A stretch of DNA of 63,754 bases, filler included, from Octopus bimaculoides (lineage: Eukaryota), in assembly GCF_001194135.2 (NCBI RefSeq). It is 6 parts of 6 records of this genome, joined end to end, with 100 filler letters (N's around TTAATTAATTAA, not from the genome) between each part and the next. Parts side by side here need not be neighbours in the genome. Positions count along the whole stretch, not along the records: positions 61,350 to 63,754 come from NC_068983.1; 5 more parts are not named here. The stretch is one strand, 5' to 3'. Of this stretch, positions 63,512-63,754 are shown piece by piece. Below the pieces are notes generated by a model. It ran no database searches and had not been told where the DNA came from. It was given only the letters and a program-made list of their open reading frames with translations. A program made the translations under genes and the position numbers. Every line of letters starts with the position of its first letter. The first letter of the stretch is position 1.

Positions 63512-63754
63512 TTAATCCTTTATATTGAACACTCAATATTTCATCTATTCAATAAGACATATTCCATATATTCAATAAGTACCATCCATTTTCATTTTAT
63601 ATTATATATTGTATATTATATTATATATTGTATATTCCATATTCTATATCTCACATTGGTTTTGCAGGAATATAAATAAAACATAAAAAACAGACAGTGT
63701 TGGAACTCTTTTAAACAAAATCATACAAAAAAAACCCTTTTTTTTGTATTTATT

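Overview
AT-rich animal non-coding DNA full of microsatellites and gaps. The SINE families and repeat spectrum fit an octopus (coleoid cephalopod) assembly best; this is an inference. Five 100-nt artificial joins (N44-TTAATTAATTAA-N44) show the window is several stitched contigs. I found no intact host protein-coding gene. Nearly all listed ORFs are microsatellite or N artefacts, or broken transposon frames. Recognisable mobile elements are three or four SINE families, RTE, CR1-like, R4/Dong-like and Tx1-like LINE fragments, two Penelope-like (RT/GIY-YIG) remnants, mariner and DD37D/maT elements, a MULE with TIRs and a 9-bp TSD, and non-autonomous Helitron-like elements. The strongest unexplained signal is that at least five unrelated short repeat families carry minimal type I hammerhead ribozyme folds, about ten motifs in all. 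One family has a swapped G3-C8 core, one sits in a ~349-bp tandem unit (retrozyme or Penelope terminal-repeat-like), and three loci show inverted-repeat arrangements. The second signal is a 2.9-kb array of a 56-bp, CpG-periodic, quasi-palindromic satellite with higher-order structure. All folds and alignments were done by eye; activity and novelty are untested.
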